Positions 46,184 to 56,474 of a stretch of 64,000 nucleotides of DNA are shown piece by piece. The DNA comes from an uncultured Mycoplasmatota bacterium (GTDB lineage: Bacteria; Bacillota_I; Bacilli_A; RF39; UBA660), in assembly GCA_948465965.1 (NCBI GenBank), contig CAOJYR010000002.1, positions 5,839 to 69,838 on the forward strand. Direction: 5' to 3'. Positions within the stretch are counted from its first letter, which is position 1, and every line of letters starts with the position of its first letter. Below the pieces are notes generated by a model. That model did not search any database. It saw only the letters and a list, made by a program, of their open reading frames with translations, and was not told where the DNA came from. Both the position numbers and the translations under genes were made by a program.

Positions 46184-47920
46184 CTATAATTCTTCTATCT
46201 TACTAACACTAGCAAAACATCTATTTTTTAAATCTCTATATAAATTTGAATTATTATATACTGCCTGATTTTTACCTTTAGCAGATACACGACCATCATT
46301 TAAAACAATAACCCGATCAGCAATATCCATCATTTCAGGCTTATGCGTAATCATTATAATTGTATGATCTGTTTTTAAATCTAGTAATACATTTGCAATA
46401 TGAGAAGTAGTTGCAGGATCAATATTACCTGTGACTTCATCAAATAGTAAAATTTCGGCATTAGTTAGTAATGCTCTAGCAATAGCTAAGAGTTGTTTTT
46501 GTCCTGCTGAAATAGTAACAGCTTCATCACTAATAACCGTATTATATCCATTAGGTAAATTCACTATATAATCATGTATTCCTACCCTCTTGCAAGCTTC
46601 TATCTGATCATCTCTATTAGGATTAATCAAACTCAAATTATCTTTAATACTCATCTCAAAAACAAAAGGTTTTTGATATACACCAGATACATTAGAGAAA
46701 TAAACATCCTTAGAATAATTATAAATGCTCTCACTATCAATTAAAATTTCTCCTGATTTAATTCTACTAAGTCTATATAATAAATTAACAATCGTTGTTT
46801 TTCCACTTCCACTATGACCAACAATTGCATTAATCTCATTAGGATAAATCTTAAAAGACACATTATTTAAGATTTTCTTACCCTTAACCTCATAGTGAAC
46901 ATGCTTAAATTCAACAACTCCATTTATATAATCATTATCAATATCACCAAAATCAATTCCTTTTTGTGGGGTATAACTAAGAATTGTTTTTATTCTATTT
47001 ACTCTAACACCATAGTTACTCAAATTCAAAAGATTATCTAACATTAGATCAGTACATGTTATAGTCATTTCAAAATAACTTATCAATAAGACTAATTTAT
47101 CTAAAGCCATTTGCCCATTAATAACTAAATAAGCTAAAAATATATATAATAATATCTTGCCTATATACACAATATAAGGAATTAAACAATATCGAAGTGT
47201 CATATGATCCCTTTTACCCCTATACTGTTCTTTCCATCTTTTTCTCGTTTTATCTAAATTTTTATTAAGCATTGGCATCATATTAAGTGTTTTAACTTGT
47301 CTCAAATTAGTAAGCATCTGATTTAATGTATCAAGAATTTTATCTTCATATTTTCTGGTACCTTCATAATACTTTGAAACCATTTTTGAATTATCGTTCA
47401 TAAGTTTTAAATACAAAAGATCCAATAATAAAACCATCGTAGCAACCAAAACATTATAATACATAAAAATCAAAAATATAATAATTAATTTAAGAATACT
47501 CATGGAAGCCTTTACTACACAATCTACTACATCAACTAAATATCTAATATCATCACTACAAGTATCAACAATTTTTCCTTTAGAGATTTTTTCAAAGATC
47601 GCATCATTATTAGCAACTTTCTCAAATAACATCTTCTGAACCTCTAAATGATAATAATCAGCTAACACTGTATATGTATAATAATTCCAATGTAAAGAAC
47701 CAAAATACATACAATAAAATAGCAAATACAAAAATACATAATACCAAATACCATTAAAATTATTAGCTGTTATCATCGCGATTATACCAGCTGTTGCTAT
47801 AGGGGGAAGTAGACTAGAAATGTTATTTAAACCTGAACTTATAAACATTTGAACAATCAGCCACATTCTTTTGTTAGCAATCTCTAAAAGAGTTTTAAAT
47901 GTATCAATATAACTTCTCAT
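46184..47920 (-). CDS. ABC transporter, fused permease/ATP-binding exporter
   Basis: Six TM helices. Walker A GHSGSGKTT, signature ISAGQKQLL, Walker B ILLFDEVTG, H-loop ITH. Confidence 0.88.
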   Translation of the reverse strand: MRSYIDTFKTLLEIANKRMWLIVQMFISSGLNNISSLLPPIATAGIIAMITANNFNGIWYYVFLYLLFYCMYFGSLHWNYYTYTVLADYYHLEVQKMLFEKVANNDAIFEKISKGKIVDTCSDDIRYLVDVVDCVVKASMSILKLIIIFLIFMYYNVLVATMVLLLDLLYLKLMNDNSKMVSKYYEGTRKYEDKILDTLNQMLTNLRQVKTLNMMPMLNKNLDKTRKRWKEQYRGKRDHMTLRYCLIPYIVYIGKILLYIFLAYLVINGQMALDKLVLLISYFEMTITCTDLMLDNLLNLSNYGVRVNRIKTILSYTPQKGIDFGDIDNDYINGVVEFKHVHYEVKGKKILNNVSFKIYPNEINAIVGHSGSGKTTIVNLLYRLSRIKSGEILIDSESIYNYSKDVYFSNVSGVYQKPFVFEMSIKDNLSLINPNRDDQIEACKRVGIHDYIVNLPNGYNTVISDEAVTISAGQKQLLAIARALLTNAEILLFDEVTGNIDPATTSHIANVLLDLKTDHTIIMITHKPEMMDIADRVIVLNDGRVSAKGKNQAVYNNSNLYRDLKNRCFASVSKIEEL

Positions 47921-47927
47921 TTATAAT

Positions 47928-49109
47928 TTATTTTATATCCTTATCATAATCAATATCAGATATTTCATATTTTCTAGTACTAGATATAATATTTATAAGT
48001 TTTGTCGAGCCCCATCCAATAAAAGCCAAAATAAAGAAATATATAATTCCAAACGAGGTAAATTCAGGTTTTGTCTTAGTTAGTAACGAAATAATAGAAG
48101 CACCTGCACTCATAGAGGTAACTATAGTTAGTGTATTAACCGAACTAGAAGTAACATTTTGCTTTATTCCAGCAAACAAACTTTGAGCTGAAGAAACATA
48201 ATTTTTGGTCATATCCCATAAATATTTTATATAATCTAAAGTATCCCTCAATGTCTCATATCTATAACCAGATATAGCTAAAAATTCCGCAAGATCTTCA
48301 TCACTTTTTGCAATCTTCTCTCTCGTTGAAATATAAGTAGACATCTGCTTAATTCTTCCATCAATCAAGTTAATTGTCTTTGCATACCCCTCTAATTTTG
48401 TTGTAAATTTAACAATCTCTGATCCCTTAACATTAACATTTTCCTTTACTGTATCAATTTTTTCCCAAATGATTCTATGTAAATTTAAATATCTATGCAA
48501 CTGTCCTTTAAATTCACGAATAAAAACTTGCTCTTCTATATATCTTTCAATATTATCAAACGATTGCTTTTTATTATTAATAAAATAATATTTATCTCCT
48601 CTAACAACATCATAATTAGTATTTTGAAATTCAAAATATTTTTGCTTTTCAGTTCTTGCAAGTAATTCAGACATTTCATCCTTAGTAGCATTGTCACACA
48701 CTACAAAATAAGGATAAACAGTCTCAATATTGGCAAGTTCTTTTGGAACTGGTGCTCCTAAACTAAACAAATAACTAAAAGCTGGAGATAATTTATTTTC
48801 ATAATAATCCGTAACCTTATCTATATCAGCAAATAAAGTATCTTCACTTACATTAGTATTATTAAGAACAATAAGACCATCTTCAAACACCTTAACAGTT
48901 ATATTTTGTGCAGTAGTAAATTGAATATACTCCTCACCTGAAACACCATAATCAATTTTTCCAATTTCTAGCTTTTTTCTATGTTCCATTAGTTTTTCTT
49001 CATCCAGGTTAATTTGTGTTTTACACTCTCTCAAAAAATCATATATTTCAGATAGTTGTAACATCGTTCTTTGAAACCAACCACCTATATAAACATTAGT
49101 TATTTTCAT
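47928..49109 (-). CDS. Hypothetical protein, soluble domain of about 330 aa plus two C-terminal TM helices
   Basis: RBS GGAGGT upstream. Conserved-looking N-terminus VYIGGWFQRTMLQLSEIYDFL. C-terminal helices LTIVTSMSAGASIISLL and GIIYFFILAFIGWG. The topology recalls CorA/DUF155 but there is no GMN motif. Confidence 0.55.
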   Translation of the reverse strand: MKITNVYIGGWFQRTMLQLSEIYDFLRECKTQINLDEEKLMEHRKKLEIGKIDYGVSGEEYIQFTTAQNITVKVFEDGLIVLNNTNVSEDTLFADIDKVTDYYENKLSPAFSYLFSLGAPVPKELANIETVYPYFVVCDNATKDEMSELLARTEKQKYFEFQNTNYDVVRGDKYYFINNKKQSFDNIERYIEEQVFIREFKGQLHRYLNLHRIIWEKIDTVKENVNVKGSEIVKFTTKLEGYAKTINLIDGRIKQMSTYISTREKIAKSDEDLAEFLAISGYRYETLRDTLDYIKYLWDMTKNYVSSAQSLFAGIKQNVTSSSVNTLTIVTSMSAGASIISLLTKTKPEFTSFGIIYFFILAFIGWGSTKLINIISSTRKYEISDIDYDKDIK

Positions 49110-49120
49110 ATTACTACCTC

Positions 49121-49558
49121 CTATATTTTTTTAGAAAAGAACCCTGCATCATCTAAATGAAATCCAAATTTTTTATAACATGCATGAGCGGGAACTCTAA
49201 CGTTATTAGACCACAATTCCATAGCCTTGCAATTATATTCCTTACAAATTTTCTGTATTTCCTCTAACATTTTTGTCGCAATATTATGTCTTCTATAATC
49301 GGGTTTTACACAAACATGATTTAAAATAGCATAAATATTCATATTTTCATAAATAGTTTTAATAATTGTAATCTTTGCATGTGCAATTATTTTCCCATCT
49401 GCTTCCCCAACTAGATAAATATCATTAGGATCATCCTTTGTCTCATTAAAAATTTTTCTAGCATATTCCATACTAGTCTCCTCAAAAAAACATTCATTAC
49501 ATAATGAAATAACAGCTTCTAAATCTTCCTCTGTTGCTTTTCTAAAATTAACTTTCAT
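49121..49558 (-). CDS. GNAT family N-acetyltransferase
   Basis: VKPDYRRHNIATKMLEEIQKICKEYNC acetyl-CoA binding (R/Q-x-x-G/N-x-A) region. 145 aa. Confidence 0.8.
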   Translation of the reverse strand: MKVNFRKATEEDLEAVISLCNECFFEETSMEYARKIFNETKDDPNDIYLVGEADGKIIAHAKITIIKTIYENMNIYAILNHVCVKPDYRRHNIATKMLEEIQKICKEYNCKAMELWSNNVRVPAHACYKKFGFHLDDAGFFSKKI

Positions 49559-49628
49559 CTCACTTCTCCTTATCTTTTTTAATAAAATTTACCATTTATT
49601 CGCAAAGTAATATACTTAAAGAAAAAAA

Positions 49629-50579
49629 TTAGTTCATCGGTTTTAACTTATTCATCATAAATACTTTATTGTCATATGAAGGATGAACATATCTCTCTAG
49701 AGTTATTTTAACACTAGAATGTCCCAAAATTTCACTTAATAGTTTAGGATCAAATCCTGACTCAACACATCTTGTTGCAAAAGTATGCCGCAGTGCATGA
49801 AAGTTATAATCCTTTATACCCAATTTTTTCATAATACGTTTGTAATAATTAAAATAATTTCTAGGTTCTATATAATTTTTAGTACCAGTTAAAAAATAAT
49901 CGGACTCATTTACATTCTTTATAGTTGTTTTAAATAAATGTGTTAAAAAAGCAGGTAGAGGAATAACTCTAAAAGAAGACATTGATTTAGGAGAATCTAT
50001 TAAAATTATTGTTTTTTGTTTTGATTTAGAATCAGAATTTTTAATTCTAGTAATCGTCTCCTTAATATAAATATTTCCATTTTCTAAATCGATATTTTCC
50101 CATTTTAATGCACATATTTCACCAATTCTAAGTCCCGTATAAAGACAAAGATATATACCTAAATTTTTAAAACTTATATTTTCTTGTAAAAATTTTTCTA
50201 AAATTTGCTGCTCTTTTTTTTCTAATATTTGTATAGAATTCTTTTTAACCTTTGGCATAGAAATAACAATATCAATTCCTGCATATTTACAAATTTGTTT
50301 TACAATTACCAATATATCTTTCACAGTCTTAGCCTCTAACTTATTAGCCAACAATTTTTCTGTAAAACTATTTACTAAGTCATTATTTAAATCTTTAATT
50401 TTAATATCTTTAAATTCTGGCAAAATGTGTGCATCAACAATATATTGATAATTAGAATATGTTGTCTTTTTACATCTGATTTTTGCACTTTTTAACCAAC
50501 TATAAACACTTTTAGAAAATTTGGTATTCACCTTTAATCCTCTATTAGAGTTTAATTGTACTCCATTATTTATCATCAT
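49629..50579 (-). mobile_element. Tyrosine site-specific integrase (phage-integrase family)
   Basis: N-terminal SAM-like core-binding domain. TGLRIGEICALKWENIDL, HALRHTFATRCVESG, LGHSSVKITLERYVH (R-H-R-Y residues). Confidence 0.85.
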
Positions 50580-50641
50580 TATTTTTCACCTCCTTTTAAA
50601 TTCATTTTGCCCAATTTAACAAAAAAGAGACAAAAAGTCCC

Positions 50642-51625
50642 TTATTTTTCCCCTTCTTCCAACATCGTAGTAATAAATATTCCATATCCCTTTGTTGTAT
50701 CATTTACTATAACATAATTAACAGCTCCTATAATTTTATTATTCTGAATAATTGGTGAACCGCTCATCCCCTGAACAACACCACCAGTTTTCTCTAACAA
50801 ATTATTATCAGTAATTTCAAACAAAATATTTTTAGTTTTACTAGCAGTATCAAGGCCTAAAATATTAATAGAAAATTCTTCTACCACATTATCTTTAATA
50901 ACAGTTCTAATAACAGCATCCCCAGTCTTAGCTTCCTCCTTCTTTCCTACTTCTATCATATCAAGACCAGAAATATTATCATTATATGTACCATATATCC
51001 CTGTTACATCATTATCCTTTATTTCTCCATCAATATTTTCCTTATCATAATTAGCATTTTTTTCTCCTGCACTTCCACTCCTACTCTTTGTTATACTAGA
51101 AACACTTGCTCCAAAAATTTTACCATCTCTTATTTCAAATTTTTTAGCTGTTGTGTTTTCTAATATTTCGTGACCTAAAGCACCAAATATTTTAGTTTCT
51201 GGATCAATATATGTAAGTGTACCTACTCCATTAATCTGATCTTTTACATATAAACCAGTCTTCAAAACACCTGTATCATCTTTAATTAAATTTAAATCAA
51301 CAGTTAGAGTTTTCTTATCTCTTAATATAGTAAAGTTTACCTTATTAGAATCACCTTTATTTATAGTTTCTATCATTGAAGAAATACTATCCACTTCTAT
51401 TCCATTAACCTTAGTAATAGAATCTCCCATCTGAAATCCCGCTTCTTTTGCTATATATTTATCATCAATTTTATAAAAACCAACCACTAAAATTCCTTTT
51501 GAATTCACTTCAATTCCTATTGTTTTACCTGAAGCTATTATATAATCTGAATAAGCAAATACATTTAAGGGTATTATAAAAAGAAGAGAAATTAAAATTT
51601 TTAAAAAAATTTTCTTACATTTCAA
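50642..51625 (-). CDS. spoIVB: SpoIVB peptidase (S55), sporulation signalling protease
   Basis: Signal anchor, PDZ segment (GFQMGDSITKVNG), GTLTYIDPETKIFGALGH and QGMSGSPII catalytic motifs. Confidence 0.88.
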   Translation of the reverse strand: MKCKKIFLKILISLLFIIPLNVFAYSDYIIASGKTIGIEVNSKGILVVGFYKIDDKYIAKEAGFQMGDSITKVNGIEVDSISSMIETINKGDSNKVNFTILRDKKTLTVDLNLIKDDTGVLKTGLYVKDQINGVGTLTYIDPETKIFGALGHEILENTTAKKFEIRDGKIFGASVSSITKSRSGSAGEKNANYDKENIDGEIKDNDVTGIYGTYNDNISGLDMIEVGKKEEAKTGDAVIRTVIKDNVVEEFSINILGLDTASKTKNILFEITDNNLLEKTGGVVQGMSGSPIIQNNKIIGAVNYVIVNDTTKGYGIFITTMLEEGEK

Positions 51626-51776
51626 AAAATCACCTCTTAAAACTTTACTACACTTTTATTATTTGAAAATTAATAAAAATTATAGCATTTAAAATTTACC
51701 ATTTACACCTAAATTTGACATTTTTTTTGACATCTACTCTATATATAAACTATAATTAAAATAGAGGTGAAATAAT

Positions 51777-52460
51777 ATGAATTATGAAAGTGATGAATTA
51801 AAACCAACTTTTATGGAAACAGATCTGAATAAAAGAAAAAAAGAAATAGCATATGCTAAGTCAACCCAAAAAAGAACTCCAATAAATATTAAAAAACAAG
51901 AAAAAAAAAGACATAGCAAAAAGCAATTAATTGCAGCTATTGCTGTTGCAGTTGTACTAAGTAGTGTATCTAGTTTTGCAACAACAAAAGTTAGTAATTT
52001 TGTGGAACAAATGGAAATAGATGATACAGTTGACAAGGCTTGCAGTAATTATCGTGCATTAATTAAAGATGCAGTTAATACTTCTTCTATAAAAGAAAAA
52101 ATTCAGGTAGGATGGGATCAACATACAGCAGATGGAAAAATTGTTGATTATGATAGAGGTGAAATCGCTAGTAAAATTAAAGATTTTATAAAAACGAAAG
52201 AGGAAAGAGATATTGCCATTTATACTCTGTATGATACATATGGAAAAGTAACAGTAGAACCTGCTTTAAATAATATTACAAACGATACAATTACCTACTT
52301 TTCAAAAGATGATAATACAAATTATGAAGGATTAAACGACTATATTAATGATCTAGGCTATAAAACTTTAGAGGAATACGAAGAAAAAATGAGAGAAAAA
52401 ATAGTGGCCAAATACAATTATGAAAAATTAAATGAAACAAACACCATAGGAGGAAAATAA
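51777..52460 (+). CDS. Membrane-anchored hypothetical protein
   Basis: Basic N-terminus, TM helix LIAAIAVAVVLSSVSSF, extracytoplasmic domain. RBS GAGGTG upstream. Confidence 0.45.
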   Translation: MNYESDELKPTFMETDLNKRKKEIAYAKSTQKRTPINIKKQEKKRHSKKQLIAAIAVAVVLSSVSSFATTKVSNFVEQMEIDDTVDKACSNYRALIKDAVNTSSIKEKIQVGWDQHTADGKIVDYDRGEIASKIKDFIKTKEERDIAIYTLYDTYGKVTVEPALNNITNDTITYFSKDDNTNYEGLNDYINDLGYKTLEEYEEKMREKIVAKYNYEKLNETNTIGGK

Positions 52461-52684
52461 TGGAAGAAGTAATGGTTGATACAATAGAAATTGATAACAA
52501 AGAATACATAATATTAGATAAACTTACAAATAATAACAATACATATTACTATCTAAGCAACGCAAACGATCCCAAAGATTTCTTTATTCAAAAACTTGAT
52601 AATCAAAAAGAAAATCTAATTCCGCTTGATTCTAAAGAAGAATTTAACATAGCCATGGAAATCTATTCAAAAAAATATAATTAA
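52460..52684 (+). CDS. Small acidic protein, DUF1292-like
   Basis: TAATG overlap with the previous ORF. The pattern IEIDNKEYIILDKL...YYYL...LIPLDSKEEF resembles DUF1292. Weak call. Confidence 0.4.
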   Translation: MEEVMVDTIEIDNKEYIILDKLTNNNNTYYYLSNANDPKDFFIQKLDNQKENLIPLDSKEEFNIAMEIYSKKYN

Positions 52685-52740
52685 AGTGTTGCAATTGAAA
52701 TTTAAATAAAGAAAAAAGATGTTAAAATAAACATCTTTTT

Positions 52741-52968
52741 TTAGTCTTCTACTTTAAAATCAGATAAAGATCCATCCTCATTAACGATTTTAGTAATAGC
52801 TTCTTCAGCAGTTTTTAACTTTTCATCACAAATTTTTGCTAGTTTCATAGCTTCATTAAACTCTTTTATTGCATCATCTAAAGGGACTTCTCCACCCTCT
52901 AATTTTTTTACAATCCCTTCAAGTTTTTCTAGATTTTCTTCAAAATTTAGTTCTTTTTTATATGCCAT
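52741..52968 (-). CDS. xseB: Exodeoxyribonuclease VII small subunit
   Basis: FEENLEKLEGIVKKLEGGEVPLDDAIKEFNEAMKL is a typical XseB helix-hairpin. Confidence 0.9.
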   Translation of the reverse strand: MAYKKELNFEENLEKLEGIVKKLEGGEVPLDDAIKEFNEAMKLAKICDEKLKTAEEAITKIVNEDGSLSDFKVED

Positions 52969-52977
52969 AATTCCTCC

Positions 52978-53223
52978 TTATTTTACTACACTTTCTATAT
53001 TTTGTAATTCAAAACGATACTCCTGGTCAACATTAGGATATTTTTTCTTGTCCACTTTTTCTAAAAACATTCCAAGTGGTCTTACACATAAAGAACCATC
53101 ACCATATAAATGTCTATATATAACCATAGTCTCCTTCGTTTCACTATTCATAGCAATATCCTCAACTAGATAATAATCTCCCTTAAAATGTTTATAAACA
53201 CCATGAATTTTTAACTCTTGCAT
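52978..53223 (-). CDS. DUF1653 domain protein
   Basis: GVYKHFKGDYYLVEDIAMNSETKETMVIYRHLYGDG matches the DUF1653 signature. RBS GGAGGT upstream. Overlaps the xseA stop. Confidence 0.75.
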   Translation of the reverse strand: MQELKIHGVYKHFKGDYYLVEDIAMNSETKETMVIYRHLYGDGSLCVRPLGMFLEKVDKKKYPNVDQEYRFELQNIESVVK

Positions 53224-54479
53224 TTGCTTATTACCTCCGCATTTACTACTCCATCTGAAAAATCAATATTTATTTTATCACCTTTAGAAAGATCCTCAAA
53301 AGAAGTTATAGCTCTACCTTCTTTTTTCGTAATTGTATAACCTCGCTGTAATGTCTTTAAAGGACTTAATGTCTCCAATTTTGAAATAATTTGTAAATAC
53401 TTATTTTTAGATTTTTCTACTAACAAATTAGGATTTTTCAAAATATATGAACTATTCAAATTATTAAATTCTTTTTGCTTGATAGTAACCAAATTAGTAG
53501 TACTAAACTTCAATCGATCAAGAATCGCATCAAACATCAATTCCTTAGCCTGATAAATCGCTATTGGATTTGTAAATATATATCTACTTTTTATCTCATT
53601 TAACCTCTGCATATTCATATTTGTCTTATTTTGTATCGCCTTATTACATCTAATCTTCAACTGATCAAGATAATTTTTAACATCACCTATCTGAGGAACT
53701 GCAAGCTCTGCTGCACCTGTTGGTGTTGGAGCACGTAAATCAGCTACAAAGTCAGCTATAGTAAAATCAATTTCATGTCCTACAGCACTAATTACAGGAA
53801 TAGGACAATCAAATATAGCTCTTGCTACTATTTCTTCATTAAACGCCCATAAATCTTCAATAGATCCTCCACCACGTCCAACAATCAAAGTATCTAAATT
53901 ATAACCACTAGCACTTTCTATCTGTCTCACAATATCCTCTTTAGCATTTTCTCCTTGAACTAAAGCAGGAAATAAAATAATTTCAGCTAAAGGCCAACGT
54001 CTTTTAATTGTAGAAATAATATCTTTAATAGCCGCACCAGTTGGTGCAGTAATTACCCCAACTCTCCTAGGAATCTTAGGAATCTGCTTTTTATATTCAT
54101 TTCTAAATAGACCTTCAGATTCTAATTTTTTCTTTAATTGCTCATAGGCAATATATAAATTACCAACACCATCTTCTAGCATATCATTAACGTAAATTTG
54201 ATAAGCCCCATTTGCCTCAAATACACTAATTTTACCAGTAATTAAAACTTTCATTCCATCCTGTGGCAAAAACTTAATCTTCTTAGTACTAGACGCAAAC
54301 ATAATCGCATTAATCCTACTACCTTCATCTTTTAACGTAAAATAAAAGTGCCCTCTACTATGTGCTTTAAAGTTAGATATTTCTCCCTTTAAAAACACCT
54401 CGTTTAAATTAACGTCATTATCTATTTTATATTTTATATATTTAGTTAGTTGTGTTACTGTAATATATTTATCTTTCAT
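53211..54479 (-). CDS. xseA: Exodeoxyribonuclease VII large subunit
   Basis: N-terminal OB fold ([20 protein letters not shown]), [32 protein letters not shown] 54479 follows GAGGAAGAGG. The ORF-track start 54491 is GTG. Confidence 0.9.
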   Translation of the reverse strand: MKDKYITVTQLTKYIKYKIDNDVNLNEVFLKGEISNFKAHSRGHFYFTLKDEGSRINAIMFASSTKKIKFLPQDGMKVLITGKISVFEANGAYQIYVNDMLEDGVGNLYIAYEQLKKKLESEGLFRNEYKKQIPKIPRRVGVITAPTGAAIKDIISTIKRRWPLAEIILFPALVQGENAKEDIVRQIESASGYNLDTLIVGRGGGSIEDLWAFNEEIVARAIFDCPIPVISAVGHEIDFTIADFVADLRAPTPTGAAELAVPQIGDVKNYLDQLKIRCNKAIQNKTNMNMQRLNEIKSRYIFTNPIAIYQAKELMFDAILDRLKFSTTNLVTIKQKEFNNLNSSYILKNPNLLVEKSKNKYLQIISKLETLSPLKTLQRGYTITKKEGRAITSFEDLSKGDKINIDFSDGVVNAEVISKCKS

Positions 54480-54879
54480 CCTCTTCCTCACTATGATAAA
54501 TATTATCTAAAACACCATTAATCATTTTAGTAACAGCTTCTTCTGAATACTTTTTAGAAAGTTCAATTGCCTCATTAATCGCAACAATACTAGGAATATC
54601 TGTATACTTAAGTTCATAAATTCCCAAAGAAAGAATAGCTCTATCAACATTATTAAGCCTATCAATCGTCCAATCCTTCATATATTTATTCGCAAGAGTA
54701 TCAATATCTTTTTGATTTTCAAGAATTCCTTCAACACAATTATTTACATATTCATTTTCAATTTCTAATTGCTCTTTTATCAAAGATTGAGTATCAAAAC
54801 CCAACTTAGTTTTACCAAGTATATAAGTTTGATAAACCACTTTCATTATAACTTCTCTAAGTTCACTTCTGTTCTTCAT
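54469..54879 (-). CDS. nusB: Transcription antitermination factor NusB
   Basis: [14 protein letters not shown]..., [33 protein letters not shown] 54879 follows AGGTGA. Confidence 0.9.
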   Translation of the reverse strand: MKNRSELREVIMKVVYQTYILGKTKLGFDTQSLIKEQLEIENEYVNNCVEGILENQKDIDTLANKYMKDWTIDRLNNVDRAILSLGIYELKYTDIPSIVAINEAIELSKKYSEEAVTKMINGVLDNIYHSEEEDER

Positions 54880-55161
54880 TTTAATCACCTAACTAATTTT
54901 AACATATATAAGAAAAAAAGTCACAGAACAATTGTAAAAAAATAAATTTTATTATTTATGACAGATTATTTAGGGAAAATTTATTACTTTTTTTATAAAT
55001 ATACTCAATATAATCTATCAAACTTCATAGTACCCACCTCTTATGGTGTAATATTATACTGTTTTTTTGTGCATAATAATGTAATAACGCAGAGAAAAAC
55101 AGTGCATTTTCTTCGCAAAGAATTTGATATAATTACTACATAATAAAGGTGGTATGTAGTA

Positions 55162-55260
55162 ATGAATAGAAAAATAAGACGTAGGTTAAGAAAAGATAAG
55201 GATTTAGTGTGTCTAAGAAGAAAATGTTGTAAGATAGAAAATGAAGGATTTTACACGTAG
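55162..55260 (+). CDS. Possible 32-aa Arg/Lys/Cys-rich micro-protein (MNRKIRRRLRKDKDLVCLRRKCCKIENEGFYT)
   Basis: Not in the ORF track. RBS AAAGGTGG lies 9 nt upstream. Sits in an otherwise non-coding gap of about 950 bp. Coding status unproven. Confidence 0.25.
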   Translation: MNRKIRRRLRKDKDLVCLRRKCCKIENEGFYT

Positions 55261-55704
55261 AAATATAGAACTTTTAATAAACTCATTTTAACAGTAGAAT
55301 TGGTACTGCTATGAAAAATAATTATTTATTCAATTTGCTCATACCATAAGGCAATTATTAGAGTTAGGAAATATACTAACAAAATCATTAAATCCAAAAA
55401 TAAAAGAAGTAAGTGCCATCCTTCTAAAAACACTTACCTCAACCATCTCAGATCTTAACACTTTAGAAACAAACTTTCAGTTAAGATTTGATGATTAAAT
55501 TATACACCATTTGTTCTTTGAAATCACTATTTTTATTAACTTTTTTAAACGCATTCTGCGTCTTTTAGTCATGACTATAATTTCTTGGTTTTGAGAAGAA
55601 AAAAATATGAGTCATGATTTTCATCGAATTATTTCATATTTTTCGTTTAAAACTTATTTACTTTTTTACTGTAATAATGTAACACTATCACAGTTGTCTG
55701 AATC

Positions 55705-55744
55705 TACAATATAATAGAAATTGTTAAAATTCTATTATATTGTA
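55705..55744. repeat. 15-bp perfect inverted repeat (hairpin) in the nusB-DUF402 gap
   Basis: TACAATATAATAGAA (55705-55719) pairs with TTCTATTATATTGTA (55730-55744) around a 10-nt loop. No flanking T-run on either strand. Confidence 0.7.
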
Positions 55745-55835
55745 ATTCGAAAATCACATTAATTAAAAAATATTATATGTATAATTAATGAGATTACATA
55801 TTTTTATATAAATATGCTTAAAAAAGTCTAGATAA

Positions 55836-56384
55836 TTATTTTTTCTTTTTTTGTTTACAAACAATATTATTTGTAAACAAACTTTGAAGCAATAATTTTT
55901 TATTTATATTAATTAAGAAATTTTTACCATTTTTTATTTCATCTATTATTTTTTTTGCTGTTACTATAGCTAAATTATATTCTGATTGAGTGATTTCATT
56001 TTTGCTTAAAGCATCTCTTAACTCGTCCTCATCATCTATTATAATTTTATCCCTTTGATAGGGACAATAAATAACATCCAAATATAAATCATAATAATAA
56101 GGTATATTATTTATTACACCATTTTTACGACTAATGTCAAAATAATAAAATATTACATTTCTTTCTTTATCAAGAAATACCCTACCATTATAATTTTCTT
56201 CTAATGGAGTAAATTCCACTATATAATAACCATTATCCATATATACCAAATTGCCATATTTAAATTTTTTATCTATTTCATTTATTTTTTTTATACTAAT
56301 GTAATAATTTTTAAAATTTATTAGCTTCCAATCCCAACTATTAACATAGTCCATATATGTATTATTAATAAATCTTTTTCTCAT
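55836..56384 (-). CDS. DUF402 family protein (Ntdp/FomD-like nucleotide hydrolase fold)
   Basis: YYYDLYLDVIYCP...IIIDDEDELRDALSKNEITQSEY is the DUF402 core. RBS AAGGAG upstream. Lies 90 nt downstream of the radical-SAM gene. Confidence 0.75.
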   Translation of the reverse strand: MRKRFINNTYMDYVNSWDWKLINFKNYYISIKKINEIDKKFKYGNLVYMDNGYYIVEFTPLEENYNGRVFLDKERNVIFYYFDISRKNGVINNIPYYYDLYLDVIYCPYQRDKIIIDDEDELRDALSKNEITQSEYNLAIVTAKKIIDEIKNGKNFLININKKLLLQSLFTNNIVCKQKKKK

Positions 56385-56474
56385 TTTGTAAACTCCTTAT
56401 GAAATACTTTTCATATTTTTTCTCATATTATTAAATAAAGTACTTAAGTAATAAGAAAAACAATAATGGATTTA

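Noticed and set aside
46140-50637. Shared AGACAAAAA motif at both ends of the integrase-linked block (about 46143 and about 50628), as possible att direct repeats.
   Set aside because: A 9-nt A-rich match is expected by chance at this base composition. Defining att sites needs comparison with an empty site in a related genome.
54958-55143. 61-aa plus-strand ORF upstream of nusB.
   Set aside because: It has no Shine-Dalgarno sequence, has an aromatic/Ile-rich composition, and overlaps the likely nusB promoter region. It is treated as non-coding.
55495-55572. 25-aa minus-strand micro-ORF MTKRRRMRLKKLIKIVISKNKWCII, with an N-terminus resembling that of the 55162 micro-ORF.
   Set aside because: It has a poor RBS, and the Lys/Arg similarity can arise from AAA/AGA-rich sequence by chance. 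It is mentioned in a finding only and not called as a gene.
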